Assembly: GCA_951406725.2 (NCBI GenBank)
Contig: OX597817.1
Span: forward strand, 132,060,001 to 132,124,000
Length of the DNA stretch: 64,000 nucleotides
Source: Octopus vulgaris
Taxonomy: Eukaryota
Direction: 5' to 3'
Shown here: positions 29,489-44,774 of the stretch, one piece after another
Numbering within the stretch: the first letter of the stretch is position 1
How the letters are laid out: each line of letters begins with the position of its first letter
The notes under the pieces: model-generated
The model's database searches: none
The model's input: only the letters and a program-made list of their open reading frames with translations
Told to the model about the DNA's origin: nothing
Position numbers and translations under genes: made by a program

Positions 29489-31291
29489 ATTCCGTGCTGC
29501 ATGTTATTATTATTATTATGATTATTATTATTATTGTTAGACTTACTTTTCAATAGTTTAAGTATTCCCAAGCTATATTTAAACTGTATCAATATCCATT
29601 AAATATGATGTGTTCTTAAGTTTATGCCGTAGCTTACCAACGCATGCAACCTTTAATAATCTTTATTTTCCGATAACATGGATGTTGTGTTTTAAAAACT
29701 CTGTAATATTTATAGTCGGTTTCCGTTCTTATATGTTGGATTCACTAACTATTTTTTTTTAATTATATTCTCTGTGTCGTTTGGTTCTTGCTCTAAACTT
29801 CTTCATTTTTTCTTCCTGTATCTAATAACAATTTTCTGCTTGTGTAAGTAGCATTTAAACCTATTGCAAATCTGGAATAATTTACGGTTTTGTGGACCAG
29901 TTTTGGGGAAGTTTTCTTTATTTTTCTTTACACTGCCATTTCTTTATGATCCACTCTCACACCATATCCTAAATATTATGCCAATAGATTCTTTAATAGT
30001 GATGCAATATTCATATAGAACATAGCTAGGAACGGTCCTTTAAACTTCAAGGTATATTCATGGCTTACTTTGTTCCATTGATCATCCTATTATAGTTTTA
30101 TACATCCACGGCCTCCACAATTTTGTTGTGTTTTCACATTAATAAATCCTTCTTTCACGTATTCATTTTTTTCAGGTTTCGATTGCTTGGATAAGTTCTC
30201 TATAAAATTACGTTTCTTTTTCATTTATGATGGAGGTTATTAACATTAAAAAGCCTGGACGGAAGACAAACCCATAAAATTACCATGAATTATCAAGTCA
30301 GGCCTTCAATGAAGTTCCTAGTTTACATTTCCAAGGAATCTTTTAAGGATTAAACTCGTTTTTTGGATATAAGATTATTTTTAAGGATCAAGATTTTTTC
30401 TTGGGTGTATAAAATAGGCTTTTGCTTTTTTTTTAAAGAAAACTTTTTAAATAACATTCATAAAGATGTAAATGTAATTGTAAATTGTGCTGCAATGTAG
30501 GAAAGTTCTTGTACGAGAACAGCAGAGTCTTCTGTTGTTTCATGTTTTGGTTATAACTATTTTATGTCGCTTACATCACTAAAAACTTTCGGAAGATTTG
30601 TGCGTGTGTGTTTGTGTTATGTGTGTGTGCATGTGTATGTATGTTATGTATGTATGTGCGGATGTGTGTGTGGTAGGGGGGGGCTTTGCACTGCAACTAT
30701 CATTTACCTCCTCGTAAAGTAAATAAGACTTAAACATCCATTGTTGTATATCAATGCTTATGAATTATCAAAGAGAAAGTGGAAACATTAGATGTTAAAC
30801 AATTTATTAACATTGGCAAACAATTTAAGTGGTATTCTTTTGTCACACACACACACACACATACGCACACCCAAATGCACGCACACACACACACACACAC
30901 ACGTACACACACACACGCACGCAATGTAGTAATTTGTATTTCTGTTTTGAGACAATGCCGGCTTCACCTTGTTATTCATCGATCTCGGACCAATAGAAGA
31001 AGAACCAATAACATTTTTTGGACAATTATTTTTGATTACATCGAATCACAAAAGTGGAATAATACCTTTGTTGACTGAAGTCATAAAAAATAACATCATT
31101 TCAAAGCGACGATGTTTCTATCAATTATATAAAAAAGAATATATTGAGATACAGTATTATAGTTTAAATGAAACAGTTTCTTTTATTTGCACAAAGAATA
31201 TAAAGACTTAAGACTGAGAAATTTCAACAAGAAGTGACGTTCGAAACTACCTTGAACTAATTCTTTCGGTTGGTACATTTTAAATCTTAAT

Positions 31292-31657
31292 CGTGGCACT
31301 CCGTCGGTTGCGACGACGAGGGTTCCAGTTGGTCCGCTCAACGGAACACCCTGCTCATGAAAGTGCAAGTGGCTGAGCACCCCACAGACACGTGTACCCT
31401 TAATGTAGTTCTCGGGGGAGATTCAATGTGATACAGTATGTGACAAGGCTGGCCCTTTGAAGTACAGGTACAACAGAAACAGGAAGAAAGAGTGAGAGAA
31501 AGTTGTGGTGAAAGAGTACAGCAGGGTTCTCTCCCCCCCCCCCCGCCGCTGTATCGTGGAGCTTTAAGTGTTTTCGCCAATAAACACTCTCAAAATCCGG
31601 TCTGGGAATCGAAACCGCGAATCCACTGCCCTAACCACTAGGCCACTGCGCCTCCAC
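31292..31657 (-). mobile_element. tRNA-derived SINE family C; representative copy
   Basis: Reverse complement: gtggaggcgcagtggcctagtggttagggcag head, gtttcgattccc B box, tail ctggaaccctcgtcgtc...cgacggagtgccac. Other copies at about 14095-14358+, 14452-14746+, 39285-39608+, 61740-61935-. Confidence 0.82.
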
Positions 31658-32089
31658 AAAAATCTTAATACAGCCTGCCAGGCTATGTATTGATGGACAT
31701 TTGCATCAACACTGTATCATTAATTTATAGATGTGTGTATTTATGTCTTAGCTTTTTTTAATGAAGCTATCCCGCTGGTTAGGTGGGCTGACTATTAACT
31801 ACCTCTCTTCGTTTTAGCTAGCTTCCAAAATCTAGCGAATGGACTACGCGTTCTCTTCGGTGAAGTAATGCTTCCGCAGGGTCAGTAGTCCGGTATTTGT
31901 GAAGCTTGGTCTTGGCTGTCAGGAAATACGGCACGCAACAATAGCTATTGAACAAGTATGACTATTGTTGCACGAGGTACTGAAGTATTCAAGTATTTGA
32001 AAAAGGCCACATGGAAGGTTTCTGAGACGATGGAAAGACAATTTAGTCAAGGAATTTCGGTCAAGATAGAAAAGAATGGCGAAATCAAG

Positions 32090-32490
32090 ACAGGAAAATA
32101 TTCCATCAATATTGCACAAATGATGTTGGCATCACGTTTAAAATCCATCCCAGACTTGGCCTCCGTGCTATCCGCTCATTACAAAAATAGAACTCGGTAC
32201 ACATAGCAACATTACGTCACAATTACTTTACATCAACCGGTCCGGCTCTCTTTAATACCATTCCAAAATACATCAAAACGGAAACAGATCCCATAAAATT
32301 CAAATCTTCACTGGACGACAAATTTCTTCAAAAAATCCCGGACCAACCTCCTACACCCGGATATGTCTCCAGCAATAATAATTGTTTGCTAGAATGGGCT
32401 ATGGTGCCCCATATATGACTAAAAGACTTCAACAGGTGGTGCTATTAAGTTAGACATAGCCTGGGCCTATTCTGGCCGAAACCTATCAAA
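32090..32490 (+). mobile_element. CR1/L2-group LINE 3' remnant
   Basis: GPALFNTIPKYIKTETDPIKFKSSLDDKFLQKIPDQPPTPGY, a typical CR1/L2-group ORF2 C-terminus. Confidence 0.7.
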
Positions 32491-33195
32491 GTTATGACAG
32501 CAATTAATGGTCTGTTCGCTACTGTGATATTTGATATACATGTAACCGTACGACGACTATACTACTAAGAGCATCAACCTGTTCCAAATAGATTTTACTG
32601 CTGGGGTAATGAAAGACATCTCGACAGGCTAACAAAACATCCATCATCATCCCAAATAGACCCCTCTTTGCAGCTAGAAACTATCTTCAAATAGTCTTGA
32701 TAGATCTAGTTGGATTCTGTTGATTACATCTTAATGAGACCACAATGAAGTTTAAATGAGATTTAAACTACAACTCTCAAATTTTACCATTCCATAACCA
32801 AAAACCAATATATTTCCATAAAAAGAAAATTATTACTATAAAAGGTATAAATGCTGAGGCAAAGCTGACTAACGTATTATGGCGGAAGCAGCAATGTCTA
32901 TAGATCAAAATAAATGTGGGAGTTTTCCCGTCAAATAGTATAATCGAAAATTCTAGAAGGATGATTAACAACCACAAAAGGACTGGCAAATCAATCGCCA
33001 GAGCAGATAACCGCTAGGTTGTCCAGTCACTTGTCTCCGGGAATTGTCCTGTCCCGTCTATTTCACTTTTAATTACCATGCATATGTTGCAGTCAACAAA
33101 CGGTACTAAGCCTTACATGAAAAGTCCAGTAACACATGTTAATTTATGCAGTAATTTCCTTGATCTACCTTGTAATTTCCTTGATATACCTTGAA

Positions 33196-33562
33196 GGCGC
33201 AGGAGTGGCTGTGTGGTAAATAATTTGCTTACCAACCACATGGTTCCAGGTTCAGTCTCACTGCGTAGCACCTTGTCTTCTACTATAGCCTCGGGCCGAC
33301 CAAAGCCTTGTGAGTGGATTTGGTAGACAGAAACTGAAAGAATCCCGTCGTATATATGTATGTATGCATGTATGTATATGTTTGTGTGTGTGTGTGTTTG
33401 TCCCCCCACCATCGCTTGACAACAGTTGCTGGTGTGTTTCCGTCCCCGTAACTTAGCGGTTCTGCAAAAGATACCGATGGAATAAGTACTAGGCTTACAA
33501 AGAACAAGTCCTGGAGTTGATTTGCTCGACTAAAGGCGGTGCTCCAGCATAGCTGCAGTCAA
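33196..33562 (+). mobile_element. SINE family A copy
   Basis: ggcgcaggagtggctgtgtgg head to gctccagcatagctgcagtc tail. Confidence 0.85.
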
Positions 33563-33709
33563 AAATAATACATTCTTTACACTATCCGGTAAGTTATATG
33601 CATTCCTAAGCGTTAATTTATTGTATAGAGATTTGGAAATATAGCGATGCAGGCTAATGAAATACTTGGAAAGTCAAATTTTATTGTGAACATTATCTAT
33701 ACACGGAAA

Positions 33710-34080
33710 AAGGCAGCGAGCTGGCAGAAATGTTAGCACGCCGGGTGAAATGCGTAGCCGTATTTCGTCTGCCGCTATGTTCTGAGTTCAAATTCCGCAG
33801 AGGTCGACTTTGCCTTTCATCCTTTCGGGGTCGATTAAATAAGTACCAGTTACTCACTGGGGTCGATATAATCGACTTAATCCGTTTGTCTGTCCTTGTT
33901 TGTACTCTCTGTGATTAGCCCCTCGTGGGTAGTAAAGAAATAGGTATTTCATCTGCCGCTACGTTCTGAGTTCAAATTCAGCCGGGGTCAACTTTGCCTT
34001 TCCTCTTTTCGAGACCGATTAAATAATATCAGTCAAGCACTATGGGTCCATGTATTAGATTTATCCACTCCCCTCAAAAT
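33710..34080 (+). mobile_element. SINE family B variant with an alternative tail, followed by a partial tandem copy
   Basis: Family B head and body followed by ttaatccgtttgtctgtccttg...gggtagtaaagaaat; the same tail occurs reversed at about 8070-8152. Confidence 0.8.
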
Positions 34081-34758
34081 CTATTGGTCAAAATTTGACA
34101 CCATGAAACTCATTCCTTGGGCCTAAAGTTATCATTGTCGTTTGGTTTGCGGTAGTTTCCCGGTTCGAATCCTGTGGCGGGTTTCAATATACATTGCTTC
34201 ATAGCAGAAAGTATTGTTGACACAGGAAACTTATCATTCACAGAGAAGAACCTAAAAATATACATGACAAACCACCACACAAAAATAGTTGCGTAGCGTG
34301 GCCAGAATGCTTAGCACATATATATAATGAACTCTAGTCTCCCGAGTTACAGTTATCATATTTATACACACTTCTGTGCTCACAAATCTAATTGCTTCAC
34401 CAATTAATTACACGCTTATATGCAAATCGAATCGGTGACAATGTGTACTGGAGGGAAATTTTGCTCCATGAGAGCTCTTAACTTTATAATTATCGCATCA
34501 AAGCAATTTAATAATTACCCATCACAGTTGGATATTCAAATAGTCTATAATCCGTCATGGCGTTTCTTTGTAAGCGTTTTTAAATATATTTATCTATCTT
34601 TGGTAAAATAATTTAATTATTCTTTATAATGCGCAAGTTATTCTTAGAAAACGCTTTACAGTTTAATGACGTATTCGCGAAATTTCAAAAAAATGCAACA
34701 GAAAGCATAGAGTTCTAAAAATGGTTTCTAAAATATTTTAGTGTTTTGAATATGCATT

Positions 34759-34806
<48 letters not shown>

Positions 34807-35795
34807 TGTGTGTGGGTGTGTGTGTGTGTTTGTGTGTGTGTGAGTGTGCGTGTTTGTTTATGTGTTTGTGTTTGTGTTTGTGAGTGTATGTGTTTGTTTG
34901 TGTGTTTGTGAGTGTGTGTGTTTGTGTGTGCGTGTGTGTGTGTGTGTTTGTGTGTGTGTGTTTGTGTGTGAGTGTATGTGTGAGCGTGTGTGTGAGTGCT
35001 TGAGAGAGTGAGAGTGCGAGTTTGAGCGTGATGTGTGTGTTTGTGTGCGTGTGTTTGTGGGTGAGTGTATATGTGTGTGTGTATGTGTGCATGTGTATGT
35101 ATGTGTATGTGCGTGCGTGTGCTTTTGCCAAAATTTTAATAAATCAGAATCAAAACTCAGTTATAAAGGCGAACGTTTTGAAGTGTAATTTCTTTGCATA
35201 GAAAAGATATTAATTTGAAAATAAAATTTAAAAAATCAAACATATAATTGAAATTTCCTTTTATACCGGAATTAACGGAGCCTGCCAGCTAATATTCGAT
35301 CAAATATAATTTCTTTTCTATCTTACTGTAGCCCAACCGCAAACTATTTTATATAACCTCTCAAAATGGACATGTACAAAAGCACGGATACTCCTACACT
35401 CCTTCCCTTCTCTACAAATACACGCTGATTTATAGATAGGACATTATTTTCTTTGAATAGGTTCTTCACACACATATTCTAATGATATATACCTAGTCTC
35501 CGTCATATGGGAAAACAGACTGCTGTTCTTTCAGGAAAGTTATAGGAACTAAACTCCATCTATCTCCGTAGGCTTTTCGTTCCATGGATAAACCTAATCT
35601 GTTTCCCCTTTTACATTACGACATTTCTGTGATACACGATCCCTATTGATCGGCATCTTTTCTTTTTTTTTTTTTTTTCCACGATCCCTCTTGATCGAAT
35701 TTCTACCCGCCTCCTTCTTTCTCTTCCCAAAAAGAAAAGCTCTACTTTCTATTTTGTCCCCTCTGTGTTCAGCCCTGTGTGGCCAATAAAGAAAC

Positions 35796-35855
<60 letters not shown>

Positions 35856-35892
35856 GTATGTCTGTCTGTCTGTCTGTCTATCTCTCTATCTG

Positions 35893-35963
<71 letters not shown>

Positions 35964-36272
35964 GTCTGTCTGTCTATCTATCTGTCTGTCTGTCTATCTA
36001 TCTATCTGTCTATCTATCTGTCTGTCTGTCTGTCTGCCCGTCTATATATTTAATCATTATTGTTGTCAAGACGACAAAGTGACATTATCTCGAGTACGTC
36101 AGACGAACCGCTTAGTGGCATTTCCTCTAGTTTTTGATATTTCGAGCTGAAATACTTCAGAGGTCGGCGTTGCCGATCGTTTGTTCGTGGTCGATGCCAA
36201 AATTTTAAACCAGATATTATCATTGTTCCATTTGTATAGTGAAGATCTTGTTAACACGTTTCATTGAATCCT

Positions 36273-36284
36273 TATCATCATCAA

Positions 36285-36335
<51 letters not shown>

Positions 36336-36414
36336 TATCATCATCATTATTGTCACCATCGTCATCATCATCACTACCACCACCACCACCACCACCAACA
36401 TCATCATCATCATT

Positions 36415-36452
<38 letters not shown>

Positions 36453-36479
36453 TATTATTATTATTATTATTATTATTAA

Positions 36480-36557
<78 letters not shown>
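36273..36557. repeat. Compound trinucleotide microsatellite (ATC/ACC/ATT)n
   Basis: Directly visible; other trinucleotide arrays at about 18108, 26577, 38017, 49931, 56287, 61280. Confidence 0.97.
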
Positions 36558-36558
<1 letters not shown>

Positions 36559-36599
36559 TCCTTTCATTATAACTTATTTCAGCTGCCTTAGTACCGGGC

Positions 36600-38016
36600 A
36601 TCCTGCGGAGCCAAGAGCAGCCAGGGCACTTTTGTTTTGCTATGCCTGCTAAAATTATCACCACATTTATTCCACTTTAGATGGAGACTGCTTTCCGTAG
36701 TCTATGGGCTGTACCCATCAAGCTTATCTTTCGTACTTCACGGAGATTGGAGTTACCAAGTAATGCTTAATACTTCTCAGTACCTTCTTTATCATTCCCA
36801 ACGCACCAATTACTGCTAGTATTATCGTAGTACTAAGTTTCCACGTTTTTGTGATTTCAATTTCGTGAGAAAGCTTTTCGTATTCCCTTTTGAGACATTT
36901 TGATCTTGTGGGACAGACATATCGCTTAACAGATAATTTCTTCTGTTGTAGTACTTGTCACAATGTCTGGTCGATTAGAGTAAATTTTTCTGCCCGTTTG
37001 TATTGGGAAGTTCCAAAGGATGGTGCCTGTAACACTCATCATGGGATTTAATGTTGTAGTATTTACAAGAATTCCAGTGGATGTGTTGCCCTAGTCTGTC
37101 ATGTCTTTTCAGCGAGGACTGGGCAGCCAGAAACAGCATGATCAGTTGTCTCCATGAATTTTCCCAAAATTCTGCATGACGGGGTCAGAGCCGTCTTTAA
37201 GGACGGTTGCATGGTAGTTTCTGGTAGATAAGCTCTGATCTTGCGCAGTAACAAAAGCTGTTTCCCTTTCAGACCTGTCCCTTGTAGCCATTAGTGTGTT
37301 AGTGTCTGATCAATATCTGGCTTCGACAGGTGGTTAGGGTATTTTCCATGCAGGTGTTTGCCTTTCCAGTTGTCTTCGATATTATTCATGCAAGCCTTCT
37401 TTGCTTTTTGTTTGATGTTTTTTGCATCAATGATAAGTTTGTCACCATTTGGATCTCTTTGGTCTTTCTGATTGTTAATTTCTAAATCAGGAGAAGCAGT
37501 GGTAGGCCTGTCAGTATTTGGGTGTCTTTAGTCATTCTTTTTGTTAACTTGTAGGCCAAGAGACTCTTTAAATTTCTGACTAAGCTTCATGACTGAAGCT
37601 TGCTTGGAATCTTCATGCTTCAGTGCAGTTCGTAAGAGCACATCACTACTTGTATTAAGGTACGTTTCAAGGCCTATTGTTGCTGATTTAAAGGATTGTT
37701 CGAGCTATATCAGGCCTCTTCCACCTATTTTTCTTGGGAGATAAATCATGTCTACACCTGATTTTGGTTGTTACCTTCGGTACCTTGCAAAGATTTTACG
37801 GATCTTTCCTTCCATATTCTGCATGTCAGTAAGACTCCACTTAATGGTACCGAAGCTATATGTGGTCACTGGTATAGCCAAAGAATTGATCGCAGTAATT
37901 CTGTTAGCAGCATTTAATTCTGAGTTTCGGACTATTCTTACCCGTCGGTAGCGTCCCTTGCGGATTTTCTTTCATTTTAGAGTGCTGGATACCATCACCT
38001 TCATTGGCTCCCTACC
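36600..38016 (-). mobile_element. R4/Dong-like LINE remnant (RT thumb, CCHC knuckle, RLE)
   Basis: Minus strand PRKIGGRGL, TAQDQSL, CRI...ETTDHAVSGC, RHD and NRPDI with frameshifts; flanked by (ATT)/(AAT)n arrays. Confidence 0.8.
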
Positions 38017-38121
<105 letters not shown>

Positions 38122-38407
38122 CATTATTATTATTATTATTCTTATTTTTATTATTATTGTTATTATTCTTATTTTTATTATTATCATCATCATCATCATC
38201 ATCGCCATCGTCATCCTCGTCGTCGTCGTCGTCATCATCATCATCATCATCATCATTATTATTATTTAATCAATAGAAGTTAAGTTGCAACGTTACTCAT
38301 GGGTCGAAAGTTACCAAAACTCAGTCGTTTGAAATAAAATATACACACAGAAGTATTGGATTCTATTTCTTTTGTTTGCTCCCCTAAATCTATGCACATA
38401 AATACTG

Positions 38408-38490
<83 letters not shown>

Positions 38491-38604
38491 TATATATATA
38501 TATATATATGTGTGTGTGTAAGTGTGTGTGAGTGCGTGTGTGTGTAAGTGCGTGTGCGTGTGTATTTATATATATATATATATATATACATATATAAAGT
38601 GACT

Positions 38605-38851
38605 GTCGGCAACTTAATGTGGCGGTCCCATGAAAGGGAAGAATGTTGCTGCCATTTAACCCCAAGAAACACCATTTCTAGATGGCTACGTGAACCAAGT
38701 TTTCAAACAGTGGGGATAAGCACCTCCCCTGTTTGAAAACCTAAGGACACAGAACGCTTGTGTCACGTAGCCAACTAGAAACGGTGTTTCTTGGGGCTAA
38801 ATGGCAGTTGCATTCTTCCCTTTCATGGGACTGCCACATTAAGTTGCCAAC
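38605..38851. mobile_element. MITE-like fold-back element with about 89-bp inverted arms
   Basis: 38605-38693 is the imperfect reverse complement of 38763-38851; inner hairpins at 38699-38740 and 38746-38764. Confidence 0.75.
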
Positions 38852-39187
38852 GAACCATCTCTTTATCGTGCAGCTCTGAGAGATTTAGAAATGCAATATT
38901 TCTAATTTTATATGCATATTTATATATATATACAAATATATACATACATAAATACTTATGTACGTACATATATACGTAGATATAATATATATTTCAATTA
39001 CAAGATACATCAAAATATATCAATAAACCGAAATATGGAAATAATGTGAATTATAGAAATACTTTTTATACTTATTGGTTAATCACTTCATAAAGAGATT
39101 CTTTTAGAATATTCTCTCTGTCTGTCTGTCTGTCTCTCTCTCTCTCCCTCTCTTTCTCTTTCTCTCTCTCTCTCATTCTCTGTGTGC

Positions 39188-39264
<77 letters not shown>

Positions 39265-39608
39265 TGTGTGTAGTGTGTATACACGCAATAGCCCAGTGGT
39301 TAGGGCAGCGGACTCCCGGTCATAGGATCGCAGTTTCGAATCCCTAATCGGGCGTTGTGAATGTTTAAATCTCACGAGGTTCCGGCAGGGGGGACAAACC
39401 CTGCTGTACTCTTTCACCACAACTTTTTTCACTTGTTCTTCATGTATTTGTTGTACCCGTATTTCAAAGACAGAATCTCCCCGAGAAGTAATTTAAGGGG
39501 ACACGTATCTGTGGAGTGCTCAGCCACTGGCACGTTAATTTCATGAGCAGGCCGTTCCGTTGATCGGATCAACTGGAACCCACGTCGACGAAACTGACGG
39601 AACACCAC

Positions 39609-40237
<629 letters not shown>

Positions 40238-41505
40238 GGAATCACATCTCTATTCAATTACTTTCTAATACTTTCCTCCCGCATCTCAATTCAGTCATTT
40301 ACAAAAAGTTTTATTCTTCCCACCCACCGCACCATCAACTCCCTCGTTACATTTTACAGTTTTCTCCAATACCCACCCCACTTAATCTTGCGTGATTATT
40401 CCAGGTTTTGCTAACTTCTATCTATGTACAAACATTATCACATGCAACACATCAAAGATAAATTGGTCTTTGTGATTCCTACACACATGATCGGGATTAT
40501 ATTTTGGTGAAATACTCTGCTGGCAGAATATATCTTTCAGTATTAAATAAAGGCTGGTGCTAATTCTGGTGGAATATATTTTTCACCATCGATATTCTTC
40601 TGAGATTGATGGTTTATATCTCTTATGAAGGATCCACAGCAGGAGATGCGAGTTGGGTTGTCGTGGAGCTCACTTATGAATAACATGCTCTGAACCGAAC
40701 GAATAGACTTGAAAGATTTCTAGCAATGCAAGTGTATTAACACATCAAGAATGTATGTAAACGAAAGATTAGAAGAAAAAAAAAAGACTCATTCTAATTC
40801 AGCTACTTCTGTGACATTATAAAGAATAATAGGTAACAAAAGCTGCCAGTAATTGCTGAAGGTATAGGCGTGGCTGCGTGGTAAGAATTTTGCTTTTTCA
40901 GTCACTTAGTTCCGGGTTCGGTTACACTGTGTGGTATCTTGAACAGTAATTTTCTTCTGCCATAGTCTTAGGTCAACCGAAGTCTTTTCTCTCTATTAAA
41001 TACATTTTCCATCCGCTGTGGTCATATCCGTGTAAGAATAAGCTCCAAAACACACAGCATTATTTTGTTATCGCTCCTACGACTTCATCAGGAGTTGAGG
41101 ACTCCACCGCTAACGTTTTTCTAAATTATGTTTAAAAAAATATAAACACACGCAGCACAAAAATTCAATTTTTTCCCAACACCTCTACAACAAAATTAAT
41201 GATCCACGTAGAACTAATTAATAGCTTAAAATCTTATAATTGCGATCTAGGAGTTTTAACTATGTCAGATATAAACACCTCCATCATGAAATATGTTGGA
41301 ACTCAAAAAATAACATATTTTTAGTCACCTAATTTTGTATTCTAAAGATTTTAATTGCTTCTCATTAATTGCCGGACAAAATGCATTTTAAATCTTAATT
41401 GGAGATATTGCCAAATGTTAATTTGTAACAATTAAAAGATAATAGGAACATGTTTTAGTAATGGCGGTTTGTTGTAATTATTAAATCGATATCATCTCAT
41501 TTCAG

Positions 41506-41661
41506 CTTTCAAGATTCAAATATGGTGGATTGAAGACCCAATTTTTACAACCTTTCCTGACCGTGTCGATCGGGATCTTCTAGAACTGGACCCCCAAGAA
41601 GGAACAGTAGAATTGCTAAACGAAAATTTAAAGCTCTCCCAGAGAATGAGTGGTTCACCCG
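41506..41661 (+). CDS. Internal coding exon of the same putative adhesion GPCR (start of GAIN subdomain B)
   Basis: catctcatttcag| acceptor, |gtaagt donor; 156 nt, phase 1-1, matching the phase-1 end of the previous exon (T|CT = Ser): SFKIQIWWIEDPIFTTFPDRVDRDLLELDPQEGTVELLNENLKLSQRMSGSP. Confidence 0.82.
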
Positions 41662-41755
41662 GTAAGTATGGATGCAATTCATTTATGTTTATCCAGTACA
41701 AATACGTATTAAATATGCGTCAAATGCAAACACACAGTATACTATACACCCATAT

Positions 41756-41813
<58 letters not shown>

Positions 41814-42342
41814 CTGTGTGTGTGTTTCCAAAAACTTTAAACGTTTAAATAACGAAACTTTTTTCGTTGAAAAATACAAAACACGTCTTAATATGCACGC
41901 ATAACCAACTTTTGTCTTTTTACTTATTTCAATTCATGATTACATCACTGTACATAAATTCCCTACTAAACAAGGTTTTTGAAACTTGTCTCTGTCTGTA
42001 CACATATATAATCCCCACCCATTACCGAAAGCTGAACAGTTATCTCCCTTACCCACAGCAATAACAATAATAACGACAACCAATTACCTCCCTTCATTTA
42101 TCTACTTGTGAAGTAATTCACTCGTGAGTTTCATCACACAACATGGACCAAATTTCTTCTTAAGAGAAAGTATATATTCAAATAAGTAAAACATAATATC
42201 ATGAATAGCGATAGCGAAACCGGTCGATATATTAAAAATTATATTAAAACTATCTAAGTGTGCGTATTTTCCTTTTTTAATTTCTTATATACATTACAAC
42301 TCACCAAGTGGGGATAATCGAAATTCCTCTTTTCTGTGACTA

Positions 42343-42410
<68 letters not shown>

Positions 42411-43394
42411 ATAAAATTTCCGTATGATAAAGGCAAATCATTTTGTTCGCTCTGTAACGATGAACTGTATTTCATCCTGTTCTCAGAGAATCCTCTTGTA
42501 AACACGTTTAAAGAACCCGTTTATCGTTACAAACATTAGCAAAAACATACCTATAGTTCTTATAAGTGATTTGGACCTTTAACTGTCTTCTTAAATTTCA
42601 CTTCCACTAAATATATCTATTTCCATGACTTTAACCATTATTCCTATTCACCTATTGCACTATATTTCTCCACTTTTAATTTTCTGCTAATTTCTTTCTT
42701 CCTCCTCCTTCTCTTTCTGTAAATTGCCTTTGACGTTATATATATAAACGTTTTTTTTTTTTAAATATCGTACCAGCGTTCTCTTCATCATATATGCAGT
42801 AATAACATTTGGCTAAAATGTCTTTTTGATGCATTTTGTTTCTCTTCTTTTTTCCCTGATAAGAAGATTGCCTTGTTTTACATCATTTTATTCCTTCTGG
42901 AATAATACCAATGTTTTCTTCTAAACATATGTCGGACGTATAGATTTCAATAACACCTGCATTTAACTCCATATATATATATATATATATATACATATAA
43001 ATTATCTAGCTGTCCCACAAACCTTTTGTAGGTCAGTGTGAAATTCTGAGCTATTCAAATATTTATAGATTTCTACACTTTGGCTGCCTTCACTCAGAGA
43101 CTACTACATGTTTCATTGATAAGACGTTACTTTCTTATCTTTTACTTGTTTCATGCTGGGGCGAGACATGAAGTGGTAGGCGATCAAATTGACCCTAATG
43201 TTTAAATACAAAGTTTAGTATTCTTTCCGTCACCCTCTTTTGCAGGACTTCTCGGTAACGAGGTCACAAAGTAACACCAGATGATAAGCGGCGATGCTGG
43301 AGCAACCACAGAAAGACACACACATGCACACATAACTATTCACATCCACACACATATATGCTATGTAACATATGTACACACATGTTTCCTATAT

Positions 43395-44200
43395 ACAGGG
43401 TGCGATAGGTAAATTGTCATGAATTTATATTTTTAGTCTCGCGTATGCGCATTATTTCGTTTTGATTTTGTCGACTACACAGTATAGTAGGGTCAGTTGG
43501 GCTCCATCTGTGAGAAAGGCAGAACCATGTCGCAATTCATTCAGCCATAATTTGGAAACGACATACTGTACTGCTTGGCATTCGCGCCGGAGCCTCCAGT
43601 ACGAACATTTCAAAGTGTTTGGGTGTTAATCTGAGGACAGTGCAATCTCAGGACATGTACCGAGAGTGATAAAAATCAAACACCCAGTCAACATCATGGT
43701 GTTTGAAGTGATCACAAGTGATGGCGATGTTATGCCTCCATTCATCACAGACACATCACAGAAGCCTACATCAAGTGCCTGGAGCAGGTAGTGCTGCCCT
43801 GGGTCAAGAGGGTGGCTGCTGGAAGACCCAATATATAGCAACAGGACTCTGCACCATGCCATACAAGCAGGAGAATGCAGTCATGGCTGAGAAACAATTT
43901 TAGCAACTACATCACCCCAACCATCAGGCTACTTAACTCTCCAGACTGCAACCCCCTTGATTATTATGTGTGGGACGCAGTTGAGTGAGGGACCAGCAAA
44001 ACTCCCTATAACACCAAAGATGAAATAAAGGCAAGGGTCATGGCAGCATTCACCAACTTAAACAAGGAGGCCGCCCAGAAGAGTTGGAGGAGATTCAGAA
44101 GTCGTCTGGAGGCCGTGGTTGAAGCCAATGACGATTTTGGTGAATAAAGTTACTCTTTAGTATTTCAAGATATTTTTATGTAATTTTGGTAAATATATCA
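43395..44200 (+). mobile_element. Tc1/mariner DD37D (maT-type) transposon remnant
   Basis: ta|cagggtg start; KHPVNIMVFEVITSDGDVMPP; QQDSAPCHT...NSPDCNPLDYYVWDAVE with 37 residues between the second and third Asp; stops and frameshifts present. Confidence 0.82.
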
Positions 44201-44388
44201 TGCATGCGCGCGTGCACACACGCACACACATTCATACAGACACACAGACTCACACTGAAACACACATGATACCCATAGCTGCTAGAAATAGCACCTAAAT
44301 AGCCCTCAAAGCATACCTTACCGTTTTATAGAGAAATCATGATATGTTCCATTACATGGTCCTAGATTCAATGCTTGAAAATAATATG

Positions 44389-44601
44389 AAGGCAGCGAGG
44401 TTGCAGAAACGTTAGCACGCCGGACGAAATGCTTAGCGGTATTTTGTCTGCCGCTACGTTATGAGTTCAAATTCCGCCGAGGTCGACTTTGCCTTTCATC
44501 CATTCGGGATCGATAAATTAAGTACCGGTTGCGTACTGAGGTCAATCTAATCCACTGGACCCCTCCTCCAAAATTTCGGGCCTTGTGCCTAGAGCAGAAA
44601 A
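44389..44601 (+). mobile_element. tRNA-derived SINE family B; representative copy
   Basis: aaggcagcgag..gcagaaacgttagcacgcc head, gagttcaaattcc B box, central gcctttcatcc...gtcgataaattaagtacc block, tail aaatttcgggccttgtgcctagag. Other copies near 1+, 11907+, 19072+, 21350-, 36085+, 47305-, 51968+, 53960-, 56493-, 58540+, 60885+, 61056+. Confidence 0.85.
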
Positions 44602-44774
44602 GTTTGAGAAAAATATGAAATAGTCATAACCGGAACACATATCTTTGAACATAGATCGCTTTGAAATTCGCCAGAGTCTAAATTCTTAAACAAAATATCA
44701 GCATTTATTTCTTTATTATTATTTTTTTTTCATTAAATCATTCAGTCTTTTTTTCTATTGTAAATGTTGGCTAA

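Noticed and set aside
41060-41100. Minus-strand ctgatga followed by a gtcg/cgat stem
   Set aside because: The GAAA and stem I partner are missing.
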